Shown: positions 43,924 through 57,302, numbered from the stretch's first letter. The stretch: DNA of 64,000 nt from Neophaeotheca triangularis (GCA_054600435.1 BAAIJX010000027.1:124001-188000), one strand, 5' to 3'. Notes: generated by a model from the letters alone, not told the origin. Made by a program: numbers and translations.

Positions 43924-46030
43924 TCACTTGCTGCGCTCTTCATCGCGGTCCCGTCCCTGCCATTGAGTGGCCCAAGTCCACCAGGAGTCTTCAGACCGAT
44001 CCGGGTCAGCGTACGACGGAGGGCCGTAACCATCTGGACGCCTTGCGCTTGGAGGGAAAGCGTAGGGCGTGTTGGTAGCAGAAGCGTAGGCGGTCTCGGT
44101 AGCAGTTGAAGTAAGGATGGTCACTGGCAGCGTCACCGTGGAGAAGCCGGAAGACGCAGTGGCGGAAGTTTCCATCCCAGGGCTGCCTTCGGTGCTGCTA
44201 GTTGCCACAGATAGGACAGGCGATGTGCCGGTACCGATGGGGGCAGTGAATGGTGCGCTCGACGTGGTTTCGCTGCTAGGGCCCACGGGCGATCCCTCAG
44301 TGCTGCTCACCGCGGTGGATACGCCAGTGCCGATGGTCGGTGGCAGCACGCCGGTACTGACAGGCATTGAGATCACTTCAGTGCCATACGTCGGAATCGC
44401 GCCGTAAGGAAAAGGCACGGTCATCGTCGTCACAGAGGTCGAGGGTGTGAAAGGAGCTGAGGATACAGTTTCGGAAGGTCCCACTGGCGAGCCCTCTGTA
44501 CTGCTAGTCGGCGCACCTGAGGGTAGCGTAGCTGAGCCTGTCCCTAGAGGCGGCTTAACGCCCGTACCGGAAGGCGGGTATGGCGTCCAGCCTGTCGGGT
44601 ATGGGAACGGCGCGGTGCCCATTGCAGAGGATGTCGAATTTGAACCGCTGCCTGGCGAGCCTTCGGTACTGCTCGTGCCGCTCACGCCCGTGCTTAGAGG
44701 TGGTGGGAGCACACCTGTGCTGATCGGTGGCACTGGACCATAAGGTGGGTACCAAAAAGGAGGCTTCGTACCATCAGAAATTGTAGTAACGCCGGTACCG
44801 GTTGGGAGGGGCACGGTCGCGTTGTTAGTCGTGATGGTGATGGTAGGGATGCTGATCGGCGGAGCCGTGCCTGTGCCTGGTAGAGTGGTATTCATTGTGA
44901 TGGTGAACGTTAATGCCGTCGTTGACGTGGGCAGCGGATCAATTGTCGTCATGTTTGGGAAAGACGTCGGGCTTGATTCAGTCACAGGCGATCCTTCCGT
45001 TGAGCTTGTTCCAGTCCCGACGGGTACGGTAAAAGTCGTGAAGTTCCGTGTGGCCTCAGTGTTGGAGAATGTGGGCGCAGTGCCTGGAAATGTGGTAGAG
45101 TTGCCATCCGTTACAGGCGAGCCAGGAGTCGAAGTTGGAAGTGTGACGGTGGTAATCCCCGACAGCGTAGTAGTTAGAGTGAGGGTACTGGTGGAGGCTG
45201 CAGGGGAGTCAGAAAGGTCGCTTGACGGAGTACCTGGAGGCTGATAAGGGCTTGGGAAGACAAAAGTGGAGGTGACCGCAGTCGGCCCTATTGAGGTTGC
45301 ATTGCTGGGGGCTGAAATAGTGATGACCGGGATACTGAAGGTCGAGTCACCGCTGGTCACAGGGCTGCCCTCGGTGGACGAAGTGCCCGGCTCGCCGAGG
45401 GATACAGTGCTTGTCAACGTGATGACGCTGGTAGGAGGAGCAGTCTCCTTGCAGTCATAGCCATAAGCACCTGGCGGGCACTTGTCTGGAACGGACGAGG
45501 TAGATCCGCTTGGAACGTTCGGAGAGTCTTCCGTGGAGCTGGTCGAGTTGCCCGGAGCAGGAATGGAAAGCGTAGCCGTTTGAGTGCTGGTCAGAGTGAG
45601 TGTGGTTGCGGGGATCGATGAAGTGGTTTCGGTCTCGCTTGATTCGGTTTGGGTGACAGGGGAGCCTTCGGTAGAACTAGTCGAAGATTCGCCAGCGGTG
45701 CCAGTGCGTGGCGATTCGGAGGTAGCATCGCTGTCGGCGAGGTAGCTACTCCAGGGCGGCGGGATGGGCATGTAACCGACAGGGTAGGTGGGCAGCACGG
45801 AAGAGCTGGTTCCTCCAACGGGATCAACCACGACCTCTGTCGGGATAGTTTCGTAAGGTGTTTCGGTGCAATTGTCTTCTCTCTTAAGCATTTGCTTGTC
45901 TAAATTTCCAGATTAGCGATTAGTACAACACCGCATGCCAGCCTCAAGACTGGATGCACTCACTCTGCACGGGGCCAGCATAGACCATCAGGCCGAAAGC
46001 CGCCAATGGCAGCATCATAGTCGTCTTCAT
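43924..46030 (-). CDS. Secreted Ser/Thr/Pro-rich mucin-like protein with SSTEGSP repeats
   Basis: Exon 1 signal peptide MKTTMMLPLAAFGLMVYAGPVQ, intron 45900-45963, then NKQMLKR|ED (Kex2-like site). Seven SSTEGSP plus one SSTEDSP. Confidence 0.85.
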
Positions 46031-47600
46031 CTTGTAGATTATTGGTTGGGGAAGAGAGAGAGAGACAACAACGAAGAGAGTAACGAAAGACTTAACGAGT
46101 GGAAGCCCAGCAAACGAGAGCGTGATTGAGCAATCGCCGGAGTCAGAGATTCTCGACCCTCTTATACATCGACATGTTGTCTATCACCTTGCAGCGAAGA
46201 GCTGTACGCAACAGTCCTCTGATGGGAACACAGCACCATGCATTGTGCCTCGCGGAAGAGAGTGACACTCCATATTGCACATGAGCTACCAGCACCAGCG
46301 AAGCTGACGTTGAGGTCGTTTGTCTTTCACAAGGGGCGAGCGAAAGCAGAGAGACGAAAGCGTTGAGACGAGGCCGTTTGCACAGGGTACGTGTTGAGGG
46401 ATGGGCCTTGCATAGACAGGTGACTGCGTGCTGCAGATATCTCTCGGTCTGGTGAAGTGTACGGCTGGCCTCCAAGGCCTTTGATTGGTGGTCCGGTTGA
46501 AATCTGGTTGAGGCCATCTAGGAGCAGTGTGGATCTATAGTGCAAGGCAGGAACCCGTGTCCGCCGTACTAGCGCTACTTCTTCCAAGTTGTAGGATTCC
46601 ATTACTTGGGAGCGATTATTGTAGACGATGCGATGTCGTCGCTTGACAGGGCTCAGCAAGGTCGTACACGGTGGTGTCTCAGTCCAGGTACCGGACAGTA
46701 CCCGCCGCTGAGCAACCATGGAATTCCGGGGCGCAGTCGTTTGTTTTCACAGAAGATGCATTCATTAGTACCGTCACTAGGTGACAGTGCGGCCCGCTGA
46801 GTAACTGGGTGGAAGGCTTTGCAATAGCTTGTATTTGAGTCACTCTGTAGCGGTAGAACTTGAAATGTCAGTGTGGTGGTTCAAACTAGTCAGCGTTCAT
46901 GTTGCCCACCTGCGCAGCTTTCAGCTAGCGAGAGACAATGACAACGCGCGAGAACAAGAGCGCATGGTTCTGTGTACCTTAAGGCGCCCATCCCTTCTCT
47001 CATGGACGCCTCTCCACGGCCTCTCGTAAACGCCAAATTGTCTCGAACCGTTATCCATGCAAGGCGAGAAACCTGGGCAAAAGCCTGCAGCAACCAAATG
47101 CAGAAAGCTGCAGGTACTGGTGCCACAGCATTCGGGTAGCGTCCAATTAAGCGATACGTCGCAAGAAATCTTAGGGTATGTTCACGTTGTGCGCCCGATC
47201 AACGGATAGCAAAAGCAATGTTGCCTCAAGGTCGGTCCAGATCTGACATCGGATTCTCGCATGCGTAAACAAACGTCACGTCCTTGCGTTTCGTTTGTCC
47301 TCTCCTCGCAGCCGGGGATAACCAAATGCCGCAGCGCAAGGAAATACTGTCACTCGTTCCACAGTGATATCGAGAACATTCGGTAAGGGCTGCTGGCTCT
47401 CGTCTTCGGCTTTCCTTCTTGCTTTTTGTTGGATCTTACCGCCGTCGTGGGCGCTCTTTGCGCGGGTATCATCTGGTCAGACTTGGTCTGAAACAGCGGC
47501 CATCCGCTGTGTCTTTGACACTTCATGCTGTAAGCCGTTGACACAACGCAGGTGCACCAGGAGGACCAGTCATCTTTCATGAGACTCCCAGAGGCCCGGT

Positions 47601-49259
47601 TCACACCTCCTCGTTGTCATCTGCAAATGGACTTCTACCACCATGTTGCGAGATATCCGAAATTGAAGTCTCGAGTGATCTGTCACCCGGCGGGACCTTC
47701 AGCTCTGCATCGAAGGCACCGTTGGGTTCTCCATTGGCCGACGCAGCAGCCAATTTCTTCTTCCTCCTCCTCGGAGCCGGGACACTCGGCTTCTCCTTGG
47801 TGACTTTTGCAGACATTTCGACAACGCTCAGACTGCTTTCTCCAGCGCTTTCCAGACTCATGCCCAACAACTTCTTCGCCACCTCGCCATCCTTTGGCGC
47901 TACCTCGGCCAGCTTTTTCTCGATCTCTTCGTTGTGCTCATCACCATCCTCCCTGACCCACTCAATTTGCCTGCAGCGAATAACGAGCCGTATGACGGTT
48001 TCGTCTACGGGCGCAAAGTGCGCCGAAGACCTGTTCACGAGAAGATACAGCAGCTTGCGTACTTCTTCGCGCTTGTAGTTGTTACCCTCCCGTGCTAACT
48101 GTGTGTTCTTCAGCAGCGGACACAGCACCCGCAGATACGTGTGACGCAAAGCCTTTTGTCCTCCCTTTTCTGTGCCGTCTCCTGCACTGCTGAAGTCACC
48201 GTAGCCCGGGTCTAGGTCTAGGAGGTTCCGAATGATGACATCGACAAGCACGTGGAGATCGTTGGTATAGAAGTACTCGTAAGTCTGTGGGTTGGTGAAG
48301 AGGAGGTACAAGAGCTTCAATATTAGCAACTGCGGGCTCAATGCTGACTCTCGGTTCAGCAGTAGAATCAGGTTTTCGCCAAATGTTCGGTACGAGGGTC
48401 CGTGGGATGAAAGAAGTTTTAAAATTCTGTTCGTGAGCGGTCCGCCTCCTTCGTTCGGTGGAGCTCGAGCATTAGCCGTGCACATGTACTGTTCGTTGAG
48501 TACGAGCAGTACGCGAATGATTGGATAGTGGTAAGGGTCATCAGCGTCGTCGGAGAGTTCCTCAATAAGCTGGAAGAGATAGAGCACCACGCCGTCATCG
48601 ACAGCCACTGCAGCGTTTATTAGCCGCCACGACCAGTGTATGCCGCCAGAGGCAACTTACCCAGCTCTTCGCGCCCAAGCCGCTGTATCCTGGACATCTC
48701 ATACAGAAGTTCCAAGAGTAGTCGGTGCAACCCAAGGTCATCGTCTCTCTTGCTCCTTATCAATTCAATAAGGCGCTGAAAAGCACCCTCGGCTTGCATC
48801 ATCTCGAAGACCGGCTCGTGTGCCCTGCCGTCGAACAGCAGGATCGCTGCCGCGAGGTGCAGCGTATCAACATCATCCTCCTGCAGCAGTGCGTACAGTA
48901 TCTGCAGGCGTACGTAGTCTTGATTCTCCCGAAAGATGTTGGAGTCTAGTAGTCTATAGCAGCAGCGCGCAAAGTCGTATTCGGATTGCAGGTATTGCTC
49001 TTGAGTCGGTCAGTATTGTGAGCTTGTGTCAGGGTGCTGCGGAAGGGACTCGTTCTCGTACGTTTCAGAGAGGTGGTAAGGAAGAGGAAGGCTCGCAGGG
49101 CATCGTCCAGCTGTTGGTGGCCGTTGCATTCGGCCGTTACGATCTTTTCGAGCTCTAAAATGCCATTAGCAACGTGTTCGCGCGTTGCAGCACGTGGTGT
49201 TTCATACCGGCCCAGAACTGGTCCTCGGTCAGGTCGGGCAAGTCGTCGTCGTCGTCCAT
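47601..49259 (-). CDS. Ldb17/SPIN90-family endocytosis and actin regulator
   Basis: [54 protein letters not shown] and HTYLRVL. Pro-Arg tail PSVPAPRRR. Introns 49155-49207 and 48608-48660. Confidence 0.87.
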
Positions 49260-49859
49260 GCTTTGGCGGAGCAAGTCATGAAGTTGCAAGAATGAGCATC
49301 TTCTTATGTTGTTTTGACCGACACGGGTGACATGGAAGGACGGGAGTCGAGGACTGCCCAGGTGGTGACGTCGAGTTTCGAGGTCACGGTTCTAGGTAAT
49401 TACACGTGAAAGCAAACTGGAAATGGGAATCGGGGAAGCTCCACGCTTGGCGTCTATATATAACAATGCCACAACACTTCACCTTCCATGTTCCCTTCTC
49501 CTCCCTCGTTACTCCAAAACGTTCATACTTTTGGCCGGGCACTATAGTTTGGAGGTGGCAAAGACCACTGGTGGTTCTTTACTTCTGATTGATAGGCTCT
49601 GTCTGCTGTCTACTGTCCTCGTTTGGGGTTTCCATTCTGGAGGTCGCGTGATCGATCGCTGATGAAAGGGGTCCCTGGCCAGTAGTACAGTATCTGCTTC
49701 ATTGATATCGTTGCTCGGCGGAATCGAGCGCTATCGCTAACTCTGGGTCAGCTTGGTTGATTGTCCCCGCAATGCGTGCTTGCGGCCGGACTCACGCCAG
49801 GTCTACCTCTCCGGCATTGTTGGACGTGAGTATTAACAAGTTCCAACCCTCGACTTCGT

Positions 49860-50369
49860 TCACCCAACCCTCCCAACGCCCTTGTCCAGTAAAGTCTCCA
49901 ATCGCTCGCTCGCTCCCTTCTCAACCGGCGTGAGAATGCCCACGACCTCCTGCAAGCACCAATTCACCCACGCCAGAGCATTCGGCGCCTCCTCAGTCTC
50001 CAAATATTCCTTCACGACCTCATCCCACATCTGTTTGCCGAGCAAGTCCACAGCAAATTGTCCAATACCGCATGCATCGTTGGCGCGCCCGACTCGGAAG
50101 AGCGTCACTACCACTGAAGCAAGACGGCAGCGGACCGAAAGGTCTTTGGCGTCTTCGTGGATGGGTAGGAAGTTCATGCAAGGCTTCAGTCGGAGCAGAT
50201 ACTCTTCAGTAGCTTCCGTGGCTGGCATGACGCACAAGCCACGATGGAGTTGCTTGTGGGTAGGTGGCTTGGAAAGCGCGGTTCTGCCAAATGCATCCGT
50301 GGGAGCGTCGTCGGTGCTTAGATTGCGTGGTCGGGTGTTCGCTCCGTCCTGGTAGTGCTGCTGTTGCAC
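49860..50369 (-). CDS. Possible orphan helical protein; 5' end unresolved
   Basis: 169-codon ORF with protein-like composition, but no ATG at its start and no recognised motif. Confidence 0.3.
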   Translation of the reverse strand: MQQQHYQDGANTRPRNLSTDDAPTDAFGRTALSKPPTHKQLHRGLCVMPATEATEEYLLRLKPCMNFLPIHEDAKDLSVRCRLASVVVTLFRVGRANDACGIGQFAVDLLGKQMWDEVVKEYLETEEAPNALAWVNWCLQEVVGILTPVEKGASERLETLLDKGVGRVG

Positions 50370-51203
50370 TTCTAGTCGCCGATGTTAGACCTGGTAAGAG
50401 TATTGAAAGATAAGACTGCTTTGCGGCGCCGAGGAGGCCTCTTCCGGTCGCTCTCTGAGTTGTTCAGGTGCTCTTTTAGGCAGGTACGTGACACGCTGGC
50501 TCTTCACTTCATTTGCTCAACAACCCTTTCACTCAAGTCTCACCTCGCAACGTCTCTTGAACAGCGGAGATCATTGGCAATACAGGAAGATAACTGCAGG
50601 GGCCTTCATGCTGTTACTATTGCATAGAGGAGTTGAAAACCAATATCTCCCTCCCGTACTCCATTCTCAAGTACCTTCACAGTGGTGCATTAGGTGGCCG
50701 TCGTAGTGGCGAATTTGTTGATCTATTTCCTAAGCATATACCGTGTCAGCTGGAACGGAGCCACTCTTCAGAAGGCCACAATTCAGTGTGAATATGTATC
50801 TTACGAGTGGTGTCTATGCATTCCTTTTCACCCGCTCAAGGGGATATATGTAACCAAATGAAGAGGGTCGTGCGGCGGAGAAGAAACCCAAAGGCTCTGT
50901 TAGACGAGCCAAGTGCCACCTGAGGCGCTCTGGCACATCTCATCGCCAAGTGAGCAAGCAACAGGCTCGACAAAAGATAATATATACAGAGTTTCCCGCT
51001 CGCCTACCTGAACGAGACCGTCGCCGACTTGGTTGCGACGTTAAATCAAGATCCAGGCTTGGTGCTTCCTAGTTGGCACTCTAATCAAAAACTTTAGGGG
51101 TAAAGGTTCGCTCCCCCGGCCGGTCACCTCAAGACTGCGTCAAATATCAAAAAGATAAACCAATTCCTTCATTTGAAATGAGTTTACTTCTCCTCCTAGT
51201 GCA

Positions 51204-51301
51204 GTACACACTTGGGGGTTTCTTTTTGCTGGAATTTAAAGGGTCAATTTGCGTACACCCCTGGGGGTTTCTTTTTGCTGGATTTGGAAGGGTCAAGTTG
51301 C
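51204..51301. repeat. Tandem duplication of a 49-nt unit
   Basis: gtacacacttgggggtttctttttgctggaatttaaagggtcaatttgc followed by gtacacccctgggggtttctttttgctggatttggaagggtcaagttgc. Confidence 0.85.
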
Positions 51302-52085
51302 TCTGGATGTGGTAGGAAGAAAGAGCTTGCGCTTGCAAATACCTACACAGTATCTACACTAAGGCCGACCTTTCCCCCCGAGGGTTCTCGCAATTGGGAA
51401 TACAGACGTAGCAAGAGAAGCGTAGATTCGAAGCCCTTCGTGTACAGAAGCAGGGAGATTGCTCTACCAATGCTAGCCGCATACCTCCTTCGAAGGGAAT
51501 GTAACCATTGCTTCTCTAGCACCAGAGAGGGGGCTGAGTGCATGGAAAGCCGAAGCTTTGGCTTTGGCTTCTGTTTTCTCCTGGCCGGGAAGGCTTGAGG
51601 TTTTGGCCATAAACCGGCATAGTGCTCTGCGCCAAACCTTTCATCACGCCCTCAAAAAACGCTGGGTCATGCTGCCCACGGTCCGGCTCGACGCCGAGAG
51701 TACAGAAAAGAAGCCTAGCCTCCTCTCGAAAGAAATCTCTCGGTGTTCGTTGCGCTATTTTGTCGCGTGCTATGCATAGCGGTACGATGCAATTGCAGCT
51801 CCGACAGCAACATACGAGTGACAAGTGGATGAAGATAAAGTATTAGCGCGGGTAAGGCTGATGCGAAGCAAAAGCGTTCCAAGGAGCGTCCATATTACAT
51901 TAATCGTGTAGCAAGCCTCGTTGGGCCCGAACCTCTGTATACGTATTTCCCTCCCTCCCTTCCTCCGGCCGATGGCAAAAACGCCGGGCTAAGCCGAGAT
52001 GGAACCCAAGCCCATGTGATCACGCCGAAGCCTTCCCATATCATAGCACCGTAGCAATGCTGGTAATCGCTGCGCTTCGACGAGT

Positions 52086-52658
52086 CTAGATGCCCTTGAT
52101 AGCCTGCGTTTTCTCGCTTTCTAGCTTCTCCCTATTCCTCGCCTTGTCCTCTTCCTTGGCCCGCTCCAGGCCTTCGCAGGCATGTCCCTCCAACATGCGG
52201 TGTTTGCTGCAGAACTTGCCGTTGCAGAACGTGCACTCGGGTGTGAAGGGTGGCAACATCTCGCGGCACTCCTTGTGAGCGCATCGCGGGCGCTTAGGGC
52301 CACCGCCTCTTACAGGAAGCGCGAGGTGCAGGGTGGATTCTCGGGTGATGTTGTAGTCGCTTAGCGGTGCGGTCGGTGAGCTGAGATGTTTGCCGGCATG
52401 CACAATTCGCAGTTGAGACTCTGGGAGATTGGTGCGTAGTGCGAGCAGGGAGCGAAGGTTGCCGACAGAGGTGGATTGAGGAATGGTGACTGGGAAGGCT
52501 GGGAACTGTTAGCAAGGCGACTACTTATGTGTGGCGATAGATGTCAACTCACTCTCGCCGGCGATGTTCTTGACGAAGATCTGCATAGTATCCTCGGCTT
52601 CAGCGGAGGAAGCGCGAGACGAGGCGCTGGAGATAGAGGTAACGCTGTTGGAACGCAT
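52086..52658 (-). CDS. Ubiquitin-like domain / AN1 zinc-finger fusion protein
   Basis: MQIFVKNIAGE|TFPVTI...LSDYNITRESTLHLALPVRGG followed by an AN1 finger (CAHKEC..CTFCNGKFCSKHRMLEGHAC). Intron 52499-52552. Upstream in-frame ATG at 52658. Confidence 0.9.
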
Positions 52659-54249
52659 GGTGGCGGTGGCTGAGAAGGAGGGTGTTGTTCTTGTGGTCTG
52701 GTTGATGGTCTTGATGGGAGTGAGGGTGTTGGAAGATAGATATGAGAGAGGAAGGAGGTCGAGGTCGAGGTAGATAAGCAGTTGATCGGCGGTAAGTCGG
52801 ACTTTATGCGTGACGGTTGAGGAAGCCGGAGTGACGGTGGAGTCGGTGAGTGGTTATCTTGAAGTGTTGATCTGGGCTGCAGTAGTAGGTGGATGGACGG
52901 ATGTCGTAGGTTGTGAAAGACGCAGGAGTTGTAGAGTTGTAATGTGAAAAGGGGGAGTGGAAGGTTGGAAGTGTGAAGACATCCCGGGCCTCAGTCATCA
53001 ACCTCACCTGGGCACCTGGCAGTCATTCCATCGCCTTCGACCCGTGACGGCGTGACGCAGGCTGTCCCTTTCCCCAGGTTTCCGGGCTCCCGTCCGTTCC
53101 CGACGTCGTTCTGATGATTAATCTACCTAGGTACCTTAGGTAGCCTCTAGGCTTCCAACTACCCCGGGCCTTACTTTATCTACTCGGCAGACCTGCTTTT
53201 CAACGCCACTGACCTACGTCGCGGCATAGTAGTAATAGTAACGTTATAGTAGGGGCTTCGATTAAAGGTCTTAACTAGTGAGGACAAGGATACGTAGGTA
53301 GGGAACAGAAGATAGAGGGGGTACTGTCTCCGACCATAAGTAAGACAGAACGGTTGATGGGGCGTCGGCACTTACCAGCTAACACCGCAAGGTAGACACT
53401 GTGCCTCGATAGCTCCTCGTACAGACTCACTGCCGCTAGTCTTAGGCTCGCCCAATTTATGTCGCTCGCTGAGACCATAGAATTTGCCCATGAGTAGGCT
53501 TCAACGTGGAGTTGATACACCCTCTCGGCTAATGTTGTACAACAATGCTAGCACAACATGGGAAGACCAATGGCTTAGGTGCAGCATCATGTGCCCGTTG
53601 CTGGCTGGGAGCAGTACTCCGAAAGACGTTGATTCATCTTCGCGAAGGTCGGGATGGGGCATATTGAGTAGAACTATAGAATTCTGACTGGCGTATTCGT
53701 TAGAAGCACAAATGGCTTGATAATGCAGGGCCTCTGCCCTTGACGTCGATAACAATGGGCATCTGTGCCCGAAGAATAGACAGCGACAAGAAAGAGGGCG
53801 TTGAGTTCTCCCCGGAGCCTGATGAAGTTCTGCACTCGCTCGTATGTCGGCGAGGGTCTCTGAAGAGAAGTATCTGGCATACATTCGTGAAACATTCAGA
53901 ATTTGACGATAGATTATCGAACGAAGCATTTCCACACCAGCGAGGCTTCATTATTTCACTTAGCAATGTCACATCGACAACCCACTGAATGGTACGTATC
54001 CAATTCCCATTCCCATTCTGGCGCTGAGCTCAGCAATGGGGTGGATTCTTCGACAGTCACATTCACTTCAACCACGCTAGCAGCTTGGCGCGCCTCAAAA
54101 GCCGTGTATGGAACCGCCCACTTGCAAGCATTCACGGACAAACGTGCAGGCAGGCACGTGGACTTTACTTGGTCCCGCTAGACCTCTGCTTTTCCCTGGG
54201 CCGCAGTCTTGAGGTTTCACCAAACCAGTGTCGGTCGAAAATTGTAAGC

Positions 54250-55029
54250 ATGAAGGAGACCCAAGGCGCAAAGAAGCGGAAGAGGAACGCACCCATTGTC
54301 TCGGATCAGCAGCCGGCGGATCTAGACAGTGATGTTGTTGCGGCAGCTCGCATTCTGCTTGGCATCAAGGTCAAAGACGCAGAGCTAGGGCGGAAGAACG
54401 AGTCTGCCGTCTCACAACAGCAACGTTCAACTCCAGACCGTGCAACATTTGCAGCGGCGGATGCTCTGGTCCAGCTCCGGATGCAAGTTCCAGTCCGAGA
54501 CAACGATCTTGCAGGCTACTACGACGACGACCAAACACCCATCGCTGGTGCGTTCACCGTCGATCGTTCAGCAACCCAAGAGAGTGTCACCACCAACACC
54601 ACCACCACACAACCCACATCTACACCTCTTCAGCAAACTACCAATGCAGCAGTCATCGATCTCCTTCGCCGAGCCTCCCTCTACCGAGACAACCTTGCCA
54701 ATAACTTTGAATCGATTTCGCTGGAGAGCATCTACGACATCTTCCCATCTAGCGGCGACGGCTATTGGCGCTCGAACCTACGGCTCCTCATCGATTACCA
54801 CGAATTCTGCAGAGGACCGGGAATCGCCATCATCGCAGCCATTGGCAAAAGGAACGCAGCGCTCCATGTCTTGTCTCTCCTGGATATTTGTTTTGCTGGA
54901 CACGTCGTTCAGCCAGAGGTGGAGAACTATCTGAGGTTCCTGCTTATCAACATTCCGAAGCAACTTCACTATGCTGAGGGTGTGCTAGCACGGCCATACG
55001 TCTCAGCGATAGGAAACCAGAGTGGTTGA
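54250..55029 (+). CDS. Hypothetical nuclear protein, 259 aa
   Basis: ATG 54250, NLS-like KKRKR, Thr-rich linker and helical C-terminal domain. No family recognised. Confidence 0.55.
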   Translation: MKETQGAKKRKRNAPIVSDQQPADLDSDVVAAARILLGIKVKDAELGRKNESAVSQQQRSTPDRATFAAADALVQLRMQVPVRDNDLAGYYDDDQTPIAGAFTVDRSATQESVTTNTTTTQPTSTPLQQTTNAAVIDLLRRASLYRDNLANNFESISLESIYDIFPSSGDGYWRSNLRLLIDYHEFCRGPGIAIIAAIGKRNAALHVLSLLDICFAGHVVQPEVENYLRFLLINIPKQLHYAEGVLARPYVSAIGNQSG

Positions 55030-57302
55030 TGCGCGAGGACGTTCCGGTTCTCGATGACAACGGACTAGAGGATTGAGAGGAGATAGAGCTTCAGCTTGTG
55101 GCAAGTCCGACCGTTGGGAGCAGTGGATTTTGAAGGACAATTGGTTGCTCACAATGCTTGCGGTCGGAGCCAGCCGGAGGACGGCCGCACTGGTAGGTCA
55201 CGGTGTGTCCGCTGAGACAGGAACGACAACTTCTCCAAAACTCGTAGGTCAAATCTTTCAAGCTTGTTCTCATTTTAATTTTGGACGCTGGAGAAACCTT
55301 CAACCCAACCAGCTTCCGCAGCTAGTTTCTTGCTGAGTCCAGGTTCACCTCGATAGTCGTATCCTGAAGGTGCGAGAAGCGTTGTTTGTTTTTGGTCATT
55401 AGTTTCAGCGTGGGTAGACTACATCCTGATCTCGTTGCCTGGCCTTCTCCATTTCTGCAAAGGTGTCCGACATTCCTACCATAGCATGTTGATGTAGAAG
55501 TGGAGGCATTTCCACGGCGCTTCAAAATGGCTCAATTTGGATTCTCTGGCTCTTCTTCGTACGCAAGGGGTGCCTATTACCAGAGCTTCGTAAGTGCGCG
55601 CTCGCGAAGGAGAACCTACATCTCTAGACGCAGACTTCACCCCTTAGGTGAGTGCTCGAACGTAGTCAAGTTTCAGGAATCGACCGCCATCCCATGGTGT
55701 GATTGTGGGGTCGTAGAGGGAGGGCATCACTATCTTAAAACGGGCTAACAATTCCCCGACTAGCTGTGTTCATGAAGACATCGAAGACAGCAATCTTGCT
55801 TTCCGATGAGCAAAAGCAAAGATTCGATTTTACCGCTTTGTTCTTCGCTTCGTTCGCCACCGTTACCTCTGGTCCCGGACCTACCGACCGCTGTCGTGTT
55901 CGGCCACGGTCACCCGATCCGGAGACCCGCGCATTAACGAAATTCTCGGCCCCATCGACTAATGACTAGTCTTTGATGAGCCAACGGGCATGTGATTGTG
56001 GGCACTCCAACATTTGCGCCGCTGACGTGTGGAGATGGCTCTTAATCCAACAACAGACCCGATGTTCCCCTCCTAGCGAAGCTTGTCAGCGAGTATTTGT
56101 TTATTGCTCTATCTCCTAGCAGGATGAACTTCGAAATGGTGCGAGAAGCTACGGACGTGGCTGAGCACTTGTGTTGCCGAACCCCCTAAGCGCATATACT
56201 CGTGGAAGTGAAAGCATAGGTTGTGTCGGAAGTGCACTTGCTACTGGCTGCGGGAAAAACCACAAAAGAGTCGCTCCCGTGTGATTGCAACTATCGATAT
56301 CCGAATGAACGTGGCAATCACATGGCGATTGGAAGTCGCAATAATAAGTCATGGTAATACTAATGTATGGTCAGTTAGGGCCTATGGCCAGATGTGGCTA
56401 CCAAACCTCGTGCCGGGTAATTTGTATCCTAGGCCCTACTCCCTTATGTAGTATGTATTGTGTAGGGTTGGAAAAGGCGCTCGGGTCCGTACGGAATCTC
56501 GAACAATATGCTGTAATGAGGCTCGGCGCGTCGCAGTCTCACCCAAGTACCGCAGTGGATACAACGGGAGTTTTGGTGGGAGTTTTGGTGGTGTAATGAT
56601 CCATGATCGTTTCGATGGCGATGTATCTACCATCTCTTCCGCATCTGAGCTCTACTTCTACTTACAAGCATTCATGAGCGGTGTTATTGGAAAAGTGATA
56701 ACCCAACGCAAGACTGAGTATCATTGCTATTATTATCATTATTCACAGACTCATAAACACGCATACTTACATAGTAGGTTAGGTTAGTGGTCGCCGAGGA
56801 TATCGCCCGCGCTTTCCTTTGCCGAGATAGCTTGGGGACTTTCTTAGCCAGTCTTTGCATCTACCAAGCGAAAGCTTAAAGGCGGTTTTCCCGATCAAGC
56901 ATGCCGAGAAGAGCTGCCCCAGTCTTTTCCACCCAAGATGCCACTCAAGGCGTGTCAAGCCTCTCCACCAGCCAAGTGAAGGAAGCGGCATGATACAATA
57001 GGAACGGCAGCTCATGCCAGCGCTGTTGTCCGTGCTACTGCTACTACTCGCTTTCAACCCATCGCGAGGCGGTCGAATCGGACCATGGCCCACCACAATT
57101 GGCGGGATTGGTTTCCGAGCGTCCCTTGGCACGTTTCCTCCACGCAGGGCTCCACGGGCTTGTAAAGGTTGCTAAGGAATCTTGGGGATCTTATTATATA
57201 TCCACGTGGAGCCCCCTCGATGTTGGGAACCCTCCATTCTACGTTTCTCCTCCTCCGCACTTTGCCTCAACTTTGGCCCATCAGAGCGACAGAGTCTTCA
57301 CC

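Noticed and set aside
51204..51301. CRISPR-like repeat
   Set aside because: Only two adjacent copies, no spacers, no cas genes, and a eukaryotic context.
53275..53990. Short minus-strand ORFs that might be a decayed gene
   Set aside because: No recognisable motif or consistent splice model, so I cannot support a call.
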